Source: an uncultured Caldilineales bacterium (lineage in GTDB: Bacteria > Chloroflexota > Anaerolineae > JAAEKA01). Taken from it: 64,000 nucleotides of DNA. Positions 51,896-60,512 of this stretch are shown in pieces (position 1 is the stretch's first letter; the number at the start of each line of letters is the position of its first letter). Below the pieces are notes generated by a model. That model searched no databases, was not told the DNA's origin, and saw only the letters and a program-made list of their open reading frames with translations. The stretch spans positions 35,447-99,446 of the forward strand of contig CALESQ010000120.1 in NCBI GenBank assembly GCA_937907455.1. The letters are read 5' to 3'. Position numbers and translations under genes: made by a program.

Positions 51896-53520
51896 AGCGG
51901 CTTGTGCATGTACAGGCTTTGCAAGGCAAAGCCACGCTGCTGATAGTAGCGCCGTGTGCCCAGCGCCGCAATCACCGCAAGACGCTGCCACCCTGCTTCG
52001 CTGGCAATACGTTCTGCCTCGGCCAGCAGCAACCCTCCCAGTCCGCGGTGTTGCGCCGTGTCGCCTGCATCCGCGCCGATTTCCAGCGCCAGACCGTATA
52101 CGTGCAGCTCACGGATCACCGCACAGCCGTGCAACTCGGCCGGCTGATCAGCCTGCACCGTCCCGGCTGGTAGCAGCAGCCGCAAAAAGCCTGCCAATCG
52201 CCCTTCGGCCGTGTCTACGCTGATGAAATGTTCTTCTCCTGCGCCGGTGGCATACACCAGGTCGTGCAGGCGGATTTCATTCAACCGCAACGGTTGATCG
52301 CCCAGCTCACGGCAGCGGATGCAGCGGCATTGCCGCGCCGTAGCCGCTAGATGTGTTTGCACGGCCTCGCGCAGGTTGCTGCTGCGACTGCCAGCCACAA
52401 TGTAATCTGCCGGAATGTCGCGGATCACCCGGGTCAGGCGGCAATAGGGCGGTGTGGCGGCTTTGCAGTCAGCCAGCAGCTCGATCAATGCCGACTCGTC
52501 GTAGGGCTGATAGTGCCCCTGTTGCCACAGGCGATACAGGCCGGTGTCGGGCAGCAACGCCGTGGGATAGATCTTCAGGTCGTCGGGGCGCAGGTCTGGG
52601 TCATCCCACAGCCGGGCATAGTCGGCGCGGTCGCTGGCGGGTGTGGCTCCGTACAGGTTGGGCATCCAGTGCAGATGGAGTTTGAAGCCCGCGGCGCGCA
52701 GCCGCCGACAGGCACGGCGGGTGACGGCCAGATCGTGCCCACGAGCGTTGAGCGCCAGCACCGCGTCATCCAGGCTTTGCACTCCCAGTTGCACCCGGGT
52801 GACGCCCAAACCGCGCAGGCGAATCAGCTCTTGCGGGGTGATCCAGTCGGGCCGCGTTTCAATGGTCAGTCCTACGCAGCGATTGGGCGCGGTTTCATTG
52901 TGCATCTGCGCTTCGGCTAGTGAAGCCGAGGGCTGTTCGTTGAGCGCATCCAGGCAGCGTTGCACGAACCAGTTGCCATAGTCGTGCGGATAGGCGCTCC
53001 AGGTGCCGCCTAAAATCAGCAATTCCACCTTGTCGGTGGCGTGCCCCACGTTGTGCAACGCATTCAGCCGGTTGCGCGTTTGGCGATAGGGATCGAATTG
53101 ATGCTGCAAGGCGCGCTGTGCCCCCGGTTCGCGTGCCAGGTAGCTCTTGGGCATCAGCGGATCGTCCGGGCAGAAAATGCAATGAGCCGGGCAGCCTGCG
53201 GGTTCGGTGAGTACGGCAATCACTGCCACGCCGGAGCGGGTGCGCACGGGCTTCATCTGCACCCGTCGTGCGGTTTCCTGTTCAAAGGGCAGCTCACCCG
53301 TTTCGACCAACTGGCGATAACCGGCTACTAATTGGCTTTTGCTGAAAAAACCGCTGCCGTCGCGCGGGTGGCGGCGCAAAATCTGGCGCAAAATCTGCGC
53401 GTTGAACTCTGGCGCGGCGCGCAGCTCGCCAAAAATCGCCAGCAGCGCCGCGCGGTGGCGTATCAGGTCTACCGGCGGGTAGCGGCTGGCCGGTACATTT
53501 TCGCTGAAAGATTCGGTCAT
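51892..53520 (-). CDS. Elp3-like radical SAM + GNAT protein (tRNA uridine-34 carboxymethylation / ELP3 family)
   Basis: 542 aa; radical-SAM CxxxCxxC (CPAHCIFC) plus C-terminal GNAT. Confidence 0.75.
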   Translation of the reverse strand: MTESFSENVPASRYPPVDLIRHRAALLAIFGELRAAPEFNAQILRQILRRHPRDGSGFFSKSQLVAGYRQLVETGELPFEQETARRVQMKPVRTRSGVAVIAVLTEPAGCPAHCIFCPDDPLMPKSYLAREPGAQRALQHQFDPYRQTRNRLNALHNVGHATDKVELLILGGTWSAYPHDYGNWFVQRCLDALNEQPSASLAEAQMHNETAPNRCVGLTIETRPDWITPQELIRLRGLGVTRVQLGVQSLDDAVLALNARGHDLAVTRRACRRLRAAGFKLHLHWMPNLYGATPASDRADYARLWDDPDLRPDDLKIYPTALLPDTGLYRLWQQGHYQPYDESALIELLADCKAATPPYCRLTRVIRDIPADYIVAGSRSSNLREAVQTHLAATARQCRCIRCRELGDQPLRLNEIRLHDLVYATGAGEEHFISVDTAEGRLAGFLRLLLPAGTVQADQPAELHGCAVIRELHVYGLALEIGADAGDTAQHRGLGGLLLAEAERIASEAGWQRLAVIAALGTRRYYQQRGFALQSLYMHKPL

Positions 53521-54331
53521 GGCAGGTTTACAGGCAACAACACCGGCTACAGCTCCGGCGCAGGCTATGCAGCCCGCAGTGGTTGATCGGCTGTGGCAAC
53601 TTAACCGCGATTTTTACACCGCACTGGCCGAGCCGTTTGCGGCCAGTCGCGCTGCGCCACAGGCCGGATGGCAGCGGCTGGCGCCATTTTTGCCTCAGCA
53701 CGGCATGTTGCTGGATGCGGGATGCGGCAATGGGCGGTTGGCACATTTTCTGCACACGGCTCAACCTGCGTTGGGCTATGTGGGGGTGGATGGCAGCGCG
53801 GCCCTGCTGAGCGCAGCCCGGCGCAGTGCCGCCGCGGCCGGGCTTGCTGCATCCTTTATACAAGCTGATCTGGCTGCGGCAGATTGGCCGGCGCAACTGC
53901 CGCAGCAGGGCTTCGCGGCGGTTGCGCTGTTGGCGGTGCTGCATCATGTGCCGGGTTGGGCGGCGCGTGTGGCCTTGTTGCACCGCAGTGCCGCGGTGCT
54001 GGCGGCCAACGGGGTGATTCTGCTTTCGGTGTGGCAGTTTTTGAATGAAGACCGGCTGCGCCGCAGGCTAATGCCGTGGAACGCAGCCGGATTGCAGGCT
54101 GATGAGGTTGAACCTGAAGATTATCTGCTGGATTGGCAACGCGGCGGCACGGGGCTGCGCTATTGCCATTGGGTGAGCGAGGCCGAGCTGGCCGGGCTGG
54201 CCGCCGCGGCTGGGCTGGCTGTGCGCACGCTGTTTTACGCCGATGGTCGCAGCGGACGCTTGAACCTGTTTGCTGTGTTGCAGCCTATGGCGCATTACGC
54301 CGCAGCAGCGGCAGATAGATGGGGCGGGTAA
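53519..54331 (+). CDS. class I SAM-dependent methyltransferase
   Basis: LLDAGCGNGRLAHFL motif I; start uncertain (53519 overlaps divergent elp3 start; alternative ATG near 53567). Confidence 0.6.
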   Translation: MAGLQATTPATAPAQAMQPAVVDRLWQLNRDFYTALAEPFAASRAAPQAGWQRLAPFLPQHGMLLDAGCGNGRLAHFLHTAQPALGYVGVDGSAALLSAARRSAAAAGLAASFIQADLAAADWPAQLPQQGFAAVALLAVLHHVPGWAARVALLHRSAAVLAANGVILLSVWQFLNEDRLRRRLMPWNAAGLQADEVEPEDYLLDWQRGGTGLRYCHWVSEAELAGLAAAAGLAVRTLFYADGRSGRLNLFAVLQPMAHYAAAAADRWGG

Positions 54332-54869
54332 CTGTGGGGGCAATCACGGTGACGCTGCCGGCCACTGCGGTTGAGGCCAGCACGCTGCCGCTGCGGTCTG
54401 TGATTTTCAGCTCAGTCAGACGCAGGGTGCTGGTGCCGGGGGCGTTGGCGGTCATGGTGACAGTAGCCAGCACGCCATTGCCTGCGGCGCCTGCGGCTTC
54501 GCCGTAGCTGTAGGCCCCGAACAGCGGCACGCCGGGTTGGCCGGGAGCCGAGGCCAGGCGCAACACGCCGGTGGTGCGGCCGGTGCTGCCCAGCAGCGCA
54601 CCCAACTCAATGGCGTTGACGGTTGTGGTGGCGATGTCGGCATTGAACCGATATTCAAATTCAAATGCGCCCAGATCGGTTACTTCATCGGCTATGATGG
54701 TGACGACGAAGGGTTGGCCTGTGACTATCGGTGAGGCGGGGCCTATCACGCGCACAGCGGCTGCGAGGGGAGCGGCAGCCGCGTGGTAGTTGCCACCGAC
54801 CGTTGCCAGCAGACTCAACAGGGCAAACAGGAATAGCAGATGCTTGAAACGGGAAAAACGCGGGTTCAT
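54285..54869 (-). CDS. secreted cohesin-like domain protein
   Basis: signal peptide; beta-rich 150-aa domain with layout resembling cohesin modules; weak. Confidence 0.35.
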   Translation of the reverse strand: MNPRFSRFKHLLFLFALLSLLATVGGNYHAAAAPLAAAVRVIGPASPIVTGQPFVVTIIADEVTDLGAFEFEYRFNADIATTTVNAIELGALLGSTGRTTGVLRLASAPGQPGVPLFGAYSYGEAAGAAGNGVLATVTMTANAPGTSTLRLTELKITDRSGSVLASTAVAGSVTVIAPTVTRPIYLPLLRRNAP

Positions 54870-55122
54870 GCAGTCAAATCCTCAATATATGTGCAGAGCA
54901 GGGGCAATTTAACGGAGATTGTCTTACCCGATTATCGTGGGCAAAGTATACTGCACGTTGGGGCAAATTTCCAAATGCCCATGCCAGCACCTGGTTGAGG
55001 GGGGGACAGACAGCCCTTTCGCTGTTTCAAGATGGGCTAACTTGCATCTGGAAGCGCTGTGGTGCGGAAACTGGTGCGTGTGTATGGGGCCTGGCGTGCT
55101 GCCTAAGCCTGTTGAAGGCGTG

Positions 55123-55512
55123 CTAGCCCATCATCGCGTCCGCTTCGATCTCGACCAGCATCGCAGGATCAATCAGCGCGCTGACCTCGATCATGGTGGC
55201 GGCAGGGCGAATGTCGCGAAACACTTCGCCGTGTGCGCGCCCCACTGGCTCCCAGTTGGCCGCGATGTTCACTACGTACAGCCGCGTGCGCACCACATCC
55301 TGTACGCTGGCGCCGGCGCGCTCCAGCGCCCGCGCCAGGTTGTGTAATGCCTGCACTGTCTGCGCATACGCATCTCCCGCACCGACGATGCTGCCATCTG
55401 CTGCGGTGGCGGTGGTACCCGACACCCACACATGATTGCCCATGCGCACCGCGCGCGAGTAGCCGACAAGCGGCTCCCACGGCGTGCCACTGGCGAAATT
55501 TTCCCGTTGCAA
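55123..55512 (-). CDS. ridA: RidA/YjgF family reactive-intermediate deaminase
   Basis: TTG start after AAGGAGAG RBS; [25 protein letters not shown]...IEVSALIDP; ORF-track start 55554 lies inside the lysS terminator hairpin and is rejected. Confidence 0.7.
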   Translation of the reverse strand: MQRENFASGTPWEPLVGYSRAVRMGNHVWVSGTTATAADGSIVGAGDAYAQTVQALHNLARALERAGASVQDVVRTRLYVVNIAANWEPVGRAHGEVFRDIRPAATMIEVSALIDPAMLVEIEADAMMG

Positions 55513-55533
55513 TGGTCTCTCCTTGTCGCTGTT

Positions 55534-55573
55534 ACAAAAAGAGCGTCTTGCCATCGCAAGACGCTCTTTGCTA
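55534..55573 (-). terminator. rho-independent terminator of greA-lysS (minus strand)
   Basis: 14-bp perfect stem AAAGAGCGTCTTGC-catc-GCAAGACGCTCTTT followed by T-run on minus strand. Confidence 0.6.
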
Positions 55574-55587
55574 AAAATCGTTACTGC

Positions 55588-57102
55588 CTACGCTTCGCTG
55601 TCATCCGTGCGCTCCAGGCTGCGCAGGTGCGGGAACAGCAGCACATCGCGGATGCTGGAATTGTCGGTGAACAGCATCGCCAGCCGGTCAATGCCGGTGC
55701 CGAAGCCGCCGTTGGGCGGCATGCCGTAGCTCATCGCCAACAGGTAATCTTCGTCCACAGGATGACGTTCTTCGTCATCTGCACCGTAGAGCTGCTGCAT
55801 CCACTCCATGCGGGCGCGCTGGTCGAGGGGATCGTTCAGTTCCGTGAACGCGTTACCCATTTCCATGCCCGCGATGAAGTACTCGAAGCGTTCCACTGTG
55901 GTGGGATCGCCCTCTTTTTTCTTCGCCAACGGGCTGATTTCGATCGGGTATTCGGTAATGAAGGTCGGCTGGATGAGGTTCGGCTCGACATAAGTGCTGA
56001 GCAGCGAATCGATCAACTTGCCGCGATTGCTGGTGTTTTCCGGGCGATGGCCGCGTAGGCGCATGGCTTCAGCCAGCTCGGCAGCCGTGGGGTACTGCGT
56101 GTAATCAACCCCGGAATAATGCAGGATGGCATCACGCAGGGTCAGGCGCTGCCACGGCGGGGCCAGGTTGATTTCGTGGCCCTGATAGGTGATGGTTGTG
56201 CCACCGGTCAGCCGCTGCGCCACATGGGCCAGCATCGCTTCAACGCGTTCCATCACCACGTTGTAATCTGCGTAGGCCTCGTACCATTCAAGCTGGGTAA
56301 ACTCCGGGTTGTGCTTGAAGCTCACGCCCTCGTTGCGGAAGTCGCGCCCGATTTCGTAGACCCGTTCCAGACCGCCCACCAGCAGACGTTTCAGGTACAG
56401 TTCAAAGCTGATGCGCAGATAGAGGTCTTGCTTGAGCTGGTTATGGTAGGTGGTAAAGGGCCGCGCGGCCGCGCCGCCGTAGATCGGCTGCAACACCGGC
56501 GTCTCCACTTCGATGAAGCCTTCGCCGTCCAGGTATTGACGGATCGCTTGCATCATGCGGGCGCGGGTGATGAACACCTCACGCACCTCAGGGTTTGCCA
56601 GCAAGTCTACATAACGACGACGATAGCGTGTCTCCGTGTCTTTCAGGCCGTGCCATTTGTCGGGCATTGGCTCCAGACTTTTAGCCAGCAGTTGCAGTTG
56701 TTGTGCCTGGCACGAGATTTCGCCGGTTTTGGTACGCACCAGCGTGCCGGTAGCCAACACAAAGTCACCCAGGTCTAGCAGGCGCTTGAAGAGCTGGTCA
56801 TAGACCTCTTCACCTATCTCGTCTTTGCGCACGAAGATCTGAATGCGTCCGCTGCCGTCTTCAAGGTGCGCAAAACCTACCTTGCCCATGAGGCGGCGGC
56901 TGAGCATCCGCCCTGCCAGGGTGACGGTCAGCTTTGGCGCGTTATCCTGTGCTTCAGCCTGCTCAAAGGCAGCAATCGCCTCGGCTGCGGTGTGGCTGCG
57001 CGGGACATCCAGGCGCGCGGGGTACGGCTCAATGCCCAGGCTGCGCAGTTCTTCCAGCTTGGCCAGACGGATTTGATCGCGTTCGTTGCTGCTGTCAGTC
57101 AT
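55588..57102 (-). CDS. lysS: lysine--tRNA ligase (class II)
   Basis: 504 aa; canonical LysRS-II motifs. Confidence 0.9.
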   Translation of the reverse strand: MTDSSNERDQIRLAKLEELRSLGIEPYPARLDVPRSHTAAEAIAAFEQAEAQDNAPKLTVTLAGRMLSRRLMGKVGFAHLEDGSGRIQIFVRKDEIGEEVYDQLFKRLLDLGDFVLATGTLVRTKTGEISCQAQQLQLLAKSLEPMPDKWHGLKDTETRYRRRYVDLLANPEVREVFITRARMMQAIRQYLDGEGFIEVETPVLQPIYGGAAARPFTTYHNQLKQDLYLRISFELYLKRLLVGGLERVYEIGRDFRNEGVSFKHNPEFTQLEWYEAYADYNVVMERVEAMLAHVAQRLTGGTTITYQGHEINLAPPWQRLTLRDAILHYSGVDYTQYPTAAELAEAMRLRGHRPENTSNRGKLIDSLLSTYVEPNLIQPTFITEYPIEISPLAKKKEGDPTTVERFEYFIAGMEMGNAFTELNDPLDQRARMEWMQQLYGADDEERHPVDEDYLLAMSYGMPPNGGFGTGIDRLAMLFTDNSSIRDVLLFPHLRSLERTDDSEA

Positions 57103-57110
57103 AACAGTCC

Positions 57111-57593
57111 TTACTCGACAGAAACTATTTCAAATTCGAGTTCACCGCTGGGGGTGGCTACCAGCACATGGTCGCCGATGCGCTTGCCCATCAACGCACG
57201 CCCCATGGGCGATTCGTTGGAGATACGGCCATTACTGGGGTTGGCCTCGGCCGAACCGACGATAAAGTAGGTTTCCTTGTCGTCGTAGCCCAGCTCGCGG
57301 ATGGTCACCGAGCGACCCAGGTCTACCCGGTCAGCCGGGCTGGCGTGGTTTTGGATCATTACCGCGCGTTTCAGCCGCTGCTCCAGTTCCAGAATTCGCC
57401 CTTCCAGAAAAGCCTGTTGGTTTTTGGCTTCGTCGTAGCCGGCGTTTTCTGAGATGTCGCCGTCGGCTTTGGCTTCGCCGATGCGTTGCGCTACCTGTTC
57501 GCGGCCTTCGGTGCGCAGATAATCAAGCTCTTCGCGCAAGGCGCGCAAGCCTTCTTCAGTAATATAAATCGGTGGTTGTTTCCCGTTGCCCAT
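57111..57593 (-). CDS. greA: transcription elongation factor GreA
   Basis: 160 aa; ITEEGLRALREELDYL...DISENAGYDEAK. Confidence 0.9.
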   Translation of the reverse strand: MGNGKQPPIYITEEGLRALREELDYLRTEGREQVAQRIGEAKADGDISENAGYDEAKNQQAFLEGRILELEQRLKRAVMIQNHASPADRVDLGRSVTIRELGYDDKETYFIVGSAEANPSNGRISNESPMGRALMGKRIGDHVLVATPSGELEFEIVSVE

Positions 57594-57640
57594 GACGCTG
57601 CTTAACGGCCTCTTTAAAACAAACTACAAACCAAGAAACG

Positions 57641-57690
57641 GCTAGCAGGTGCTAGCCGAATAAAGCCCGGCTCTTGTGGAGCCGGGTGAG
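57641..57690 (-). terminator. two tandem hairpins (GGCTAGCAcctgCTAGCC; CCCGGCTCttgtGGAGCCGGG) downstream of PIG-L gene, upstream of greA
   Basis: direct reading; followed on minus strand by T-rich run. Confidence 0.35.
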
Positions 57691-57865
57691 TAAACACATA
57701 TTCAACTCAGGGGCCTATTATATGCGCGCTAAAACTCAAATGCAAACTAGACAGACGCGGAAGCAGGGAACAGTAAAAAGTAAAAAGTTAGCAGTAACCA
57801 GTTCAGAATCGGCCACTTCCAACCGGCGGAAGGAGGAGTTTCGATCCTGTCACTGTCTCACCCCG

Positions 57866-58654
57866 TCACCGCGCCACGGTTAATTCGCTGGGGTCACCGC
57901 TGCCGCATTGTCGGGAGTAAGCCCAAACCGCTGCGGCTACGCGCTTATCTACTGTTTCCTCGCCGGGGAACAGCACCGCCAATTGGCTGCGATAGGCCAA
58001 GATCGCCTCGATCTTGCGCGTCACCTGCGCGGCACTTAGCGGAATAGCTTCGATCTGCCATTGCACATCGTTTGGCAGCTGTACCAGCGTCTGGGCTAAC
58101 GCGTCAGGCTGGCGCACAGCATAAGGGTAATCTACGTAGAAACGCACGCAGGCCCCGCGCTGATGCAGCCGCAGCGCGGCGCGCCGCGCCAGTTGATGAT
58201 CCACATGATTGCCTACTGCCAGCGGCGCAATGATTTCGCAGCCGCGTGATGCCGTGGCTTGCGCCGTTACCCAGGCCACAATCGCTTCAACGAGCGGCGC
58301 ATCTTCGGCATCTGGCGGGCCAAACAGCGCGGCTTCGTCGGTCACCAGCCAGCGGCTGCCCGCAGCGTCGCGGCGATAGATGCAGTCCAGCCACGGCCCC
58401 AGCACACTGCGTGCCTGCAAAATCGCCAGTGCTTCCGCTTCCTCAGCACGGCGTTGGCTGATGAGATCCTCATCGGCCAGCGGGCGGCCATGGATCTGCT
58501 GCGCAAAGGGTGACAGGTCGGTGTAATCAGGACGCGCGGCAAACAGGGTAAGCACCGCCGCGGCCCGGCCTTCATCAGCCAGCCGCGCCAACAGACCGCC
58601 GCACGACAGGGCCGCATCATCGTAATGAGGAGAGAGGATCAGCGTTTCAGCCAT
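57866..58654 (-). CDS. PIG-L/LmbE family N-acetylglucosaminyl deacetylase
   Basis: start MAETLILSPHYDDAALSCGG (PIG-L HxDD motif); ORF-track extension to 58807 rejected. Confidence 0.7.
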   Translation of the reverse strand: MAETLILSPHYDDAALSCGGLLARLADEGRAAAVLTLFAARPDYTDLSPFAQQIHGRPLADEDLISQRRAEEAEALAILQARSVLGPWLDCIYRRDAAGSRWLVTDEAALFGPPDAEDAPLVEAIVAWVTAQATASRGCEIIAPLAVGNHVDHQLARRAALRLHQRGACVRFYVDYPYAVRQPDALAQTLVQLPNDVQWQIEAIPLSAAQVTRKIEAILAYRSQLAVLFPGEETVDKRVAAAVWAYSRQCGSGDPSELTVAR

Positions 58655-58663
58655 AGTCGGGCC

Positions 58664-58692
58664 ATTATCGGAGATGGGGCGGCAATTGTCAA
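58664..58692 (-). promoter_or_regulatory. sigma70 promoter for PIG-L gene (-35 TTGACA, 17 nt, -10 GATAAT), transcript essentially leaderless
   Basis: minus-strand GGTTGACAATTGCCGCCCCATCTCCGATAATGGCCCGACTATG. Confidence 0.45.
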
Positions 58693-58704
58693 CCTGGCAG
58701 AGAC

Positions 58705-58732
58705 TTGACCAACGCGGGTAGGTGACGATAAT
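58705..58732 (+). promoter_or_regulatory. sigma70 promoter for ParB-Usp gene (-35 TTGACC, 16 nt, -10 GATAAT), leaderless
   Basis: ACTTGACCAACGCGGGTAGGTGACGATAATCAGAAGATATG. Confidence 0.45.
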
Positions 58733-58740
58733 CAGAAGAT

Positions 58741-60399
58741 ATGAACGATGAATTGGCTCTAGCTGCGGCGGTACGCGACTTTCGTGAGGCGCGCCGTCGT
58801 GCGGCACTCGACGACCTGAAGGCGCGGCTCACCGGCAAATCGGATGATTTGCTGTCCTACGAGGCTGTGCGCGATCTGCTGCAAGCAGAAGGCAGCATCA
58901 GCCGCGGGCTGCGTGAAATTCCCCTCCATGCTGTGGTAGGCAGTGTAGGGCGCTATCACGATTTTACCCGCTCGTTCTTGCCGCGCCGTGACAGTGACGT
59001 GGAGCGTTGGACTAAAGTCAAGTTGAAAGCGCTTTACCACGGCGGCATGGCCCCGATTGAAGTTTATCAGCTTGGCGATGTCTATTTTGTGCTGGATGGC
59101 AACCATCGCGTATCGGTGGCCCGACAACTGGGCGCACAGACCATTCAGGCTTACGTGACCGAAATTCCCGTGCGTGTGCCCATCACGCCTGACATCAGTG
59201 CCGATGATCTGATCATCAAAGCGCGCTATGCCCGCTTTTTGATCCACACCGCGTTGGACGAAACCCGTCCGCAGGCTGATTTGTTGGTGACCGCGCCGGG
59301 CCAATATCGCAAGCTGGAGGAGCAGATTGAAGCCTATCGCCGGGTATGCAACGAGCGGCAGGCAGCCGAGGTGAGCACGCACCAGGCAGCCACTGCCTGG
59401 TACGATGCTGTCTACGCGCCGGTGGCTGTGCTGATCCGGGAAAGCAACCTGCTTCAGGCTTTTTCCGGTCGCACCGAGGCCGACCTGTTTCTTTGGATCA
59501 CCGACCGGCAGCAAGAGCTGCATCGGCAGCTAGGCTGGCAGGTCAACCCGCAGCGCGTGGTCAAAGAGCTGGCTCAGCGCCGCACGCCGGAAAGTGTCCC
59601 TGCCTCGCTCCCTGTTGCCGCACCGTTGCCGGTGCAAGAAGCGCTTTTTCCGGAAATTCTAGTGCCCATCAGCGGCACTGGACACGGCTGGGCCGCCCTG
59701 GATCAGGCACTTCTTGTGGCCCAGCGCGAAGGCTCAGTGCTGCGTGGCTATCATGTAGTGCGTTCCTTCTCGCGTGAGGCTGCCACGCGCAGCGACACCG
59801 TGCGACGCACCTTCGACGAGCGTTGCCGCGCCGCGGGTGTATCCGGTCACCTGGTGATTGAACCGGGCGCGGTGACGCAATCCATCTGCCGCCGTGCCAG
59901 TTGGACCGATCTGGTGATCGCCAACCTGGCCTATCCACCGCAGTTGAGCTTTCAGGGGCGGCTGCGCTCTGGTTTCCGCACCCTGGTGCAGCGTTGCGAC
60001 CGCCCCCTGCTGGCTGTGCCTGCTGTTTCTTCCCTCCGCCGTGCCCTGGTGGCCTTTGATGGCAGTCTGCGTGCCTGGGAGGCGCTGACGCTGGCGGCTT
60101 GTCTGGCTATGCGCTGGCAAATACCGCTGGCCGTGGTCACCGTGCTGGAGGAAACGCGCACCACCGCCGACACGCTGCCTCAGGCCGAAGACTACTTGAG
60201 CCGGTTCCCGCTGCAAGTCGCCTTTTGGCAACGCGCCGGTGCCGTTGCTGAGGTTATCTTGCAGGTAGCTGCCGAGGACGATGCCGACCTGTTGATAATG
60301 GGTGGCTACGGCTATACGCCGATGTGGGAAGCCATGCTGGGCAGTACAGTGGATCGGCTGTTGCGCCAGTGTCGGCGTCCCATGCTGATCTGTCAGTAA
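58741..60399 (+). CDS. ParB-like nuclease-fold N-domain fused to tandem universal stress protein (UspA) domains
   Basis: VLDGNHRVSVARQLG ParB/Srx-fold motif; two C-terminal Usp-like alpha/beta domains (ILVPISGTGHG..., ALVAFDGSLRA...LLIMGGYG). Confidence 0.5.
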   Translation: MNDELALAAAVRDFREARRRAALDDLKARLTGKSDDLLSYEAVRDLLQAEGSISRGLREIPLHAVVGSVGRYHDFTRSFLPRRDSDVERWTKVKLKALYHGGMAPIEVYQLGDVYFVLDGNHRVSVARQLGAQTIQAYVTEIPVRVPITPDISADDLIIKARYARFLIHTALDETRPQADLLVTAPGQYRKLEEQIEAYRRVCNERQAAEVSTHQAATAWYDAVYAPVAVLIRESNLLQAFSGRTEADLFLWITDRQQELHRQLGWQVNPQRVVKELAQRRTPESVPASLPVAAPLPVQEALFPEILVPISGTGHGWAALDQALLVAQREGSVLRGYHVVRSFSREAATRSDTVRRTFDERCRAAGVSGHLVIEPGAVTQSICRRASWTDLVIANLAYPPQLSFQGRLRSGFRTLVQRCDRPLLAVPAVSSLRRALVAFDGSLRAWEALTLAACLAMRWQIPLAVVTVLEETRTTADTLPQAEDYLSRFPLQVAFWQRAGAVAEVILQVAAEDDADLLIMGGYGYTPMWEAMLGSTVDRLLRQCRRPMLICQ

Positions 60400-60512
60400 C
60401 GAAGCGCGTCTGTTGTGACTTGCCAGGTCATCGGCTCCCGCTTCTGCTGCAATCTCTTCCTTGTTTGTGTTAAATTACCCCTGCCCGGATGTCTGTTCAA
60501 AGGAGCTGCACG

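Noticed and set aside
55513-55554. ORF-track N-terminus of ridA
   Set aside because: Its ATG lies in the loop of the lysS terminator hairpin; TTG at 55512 with AAGGAGAG RBS fits RidA family length.
57800-57870. possible tRNA-like T-loop (GAGTTTCGATCC)
   Set aside because: Could not build acceptor, D and anticodon stems around it.
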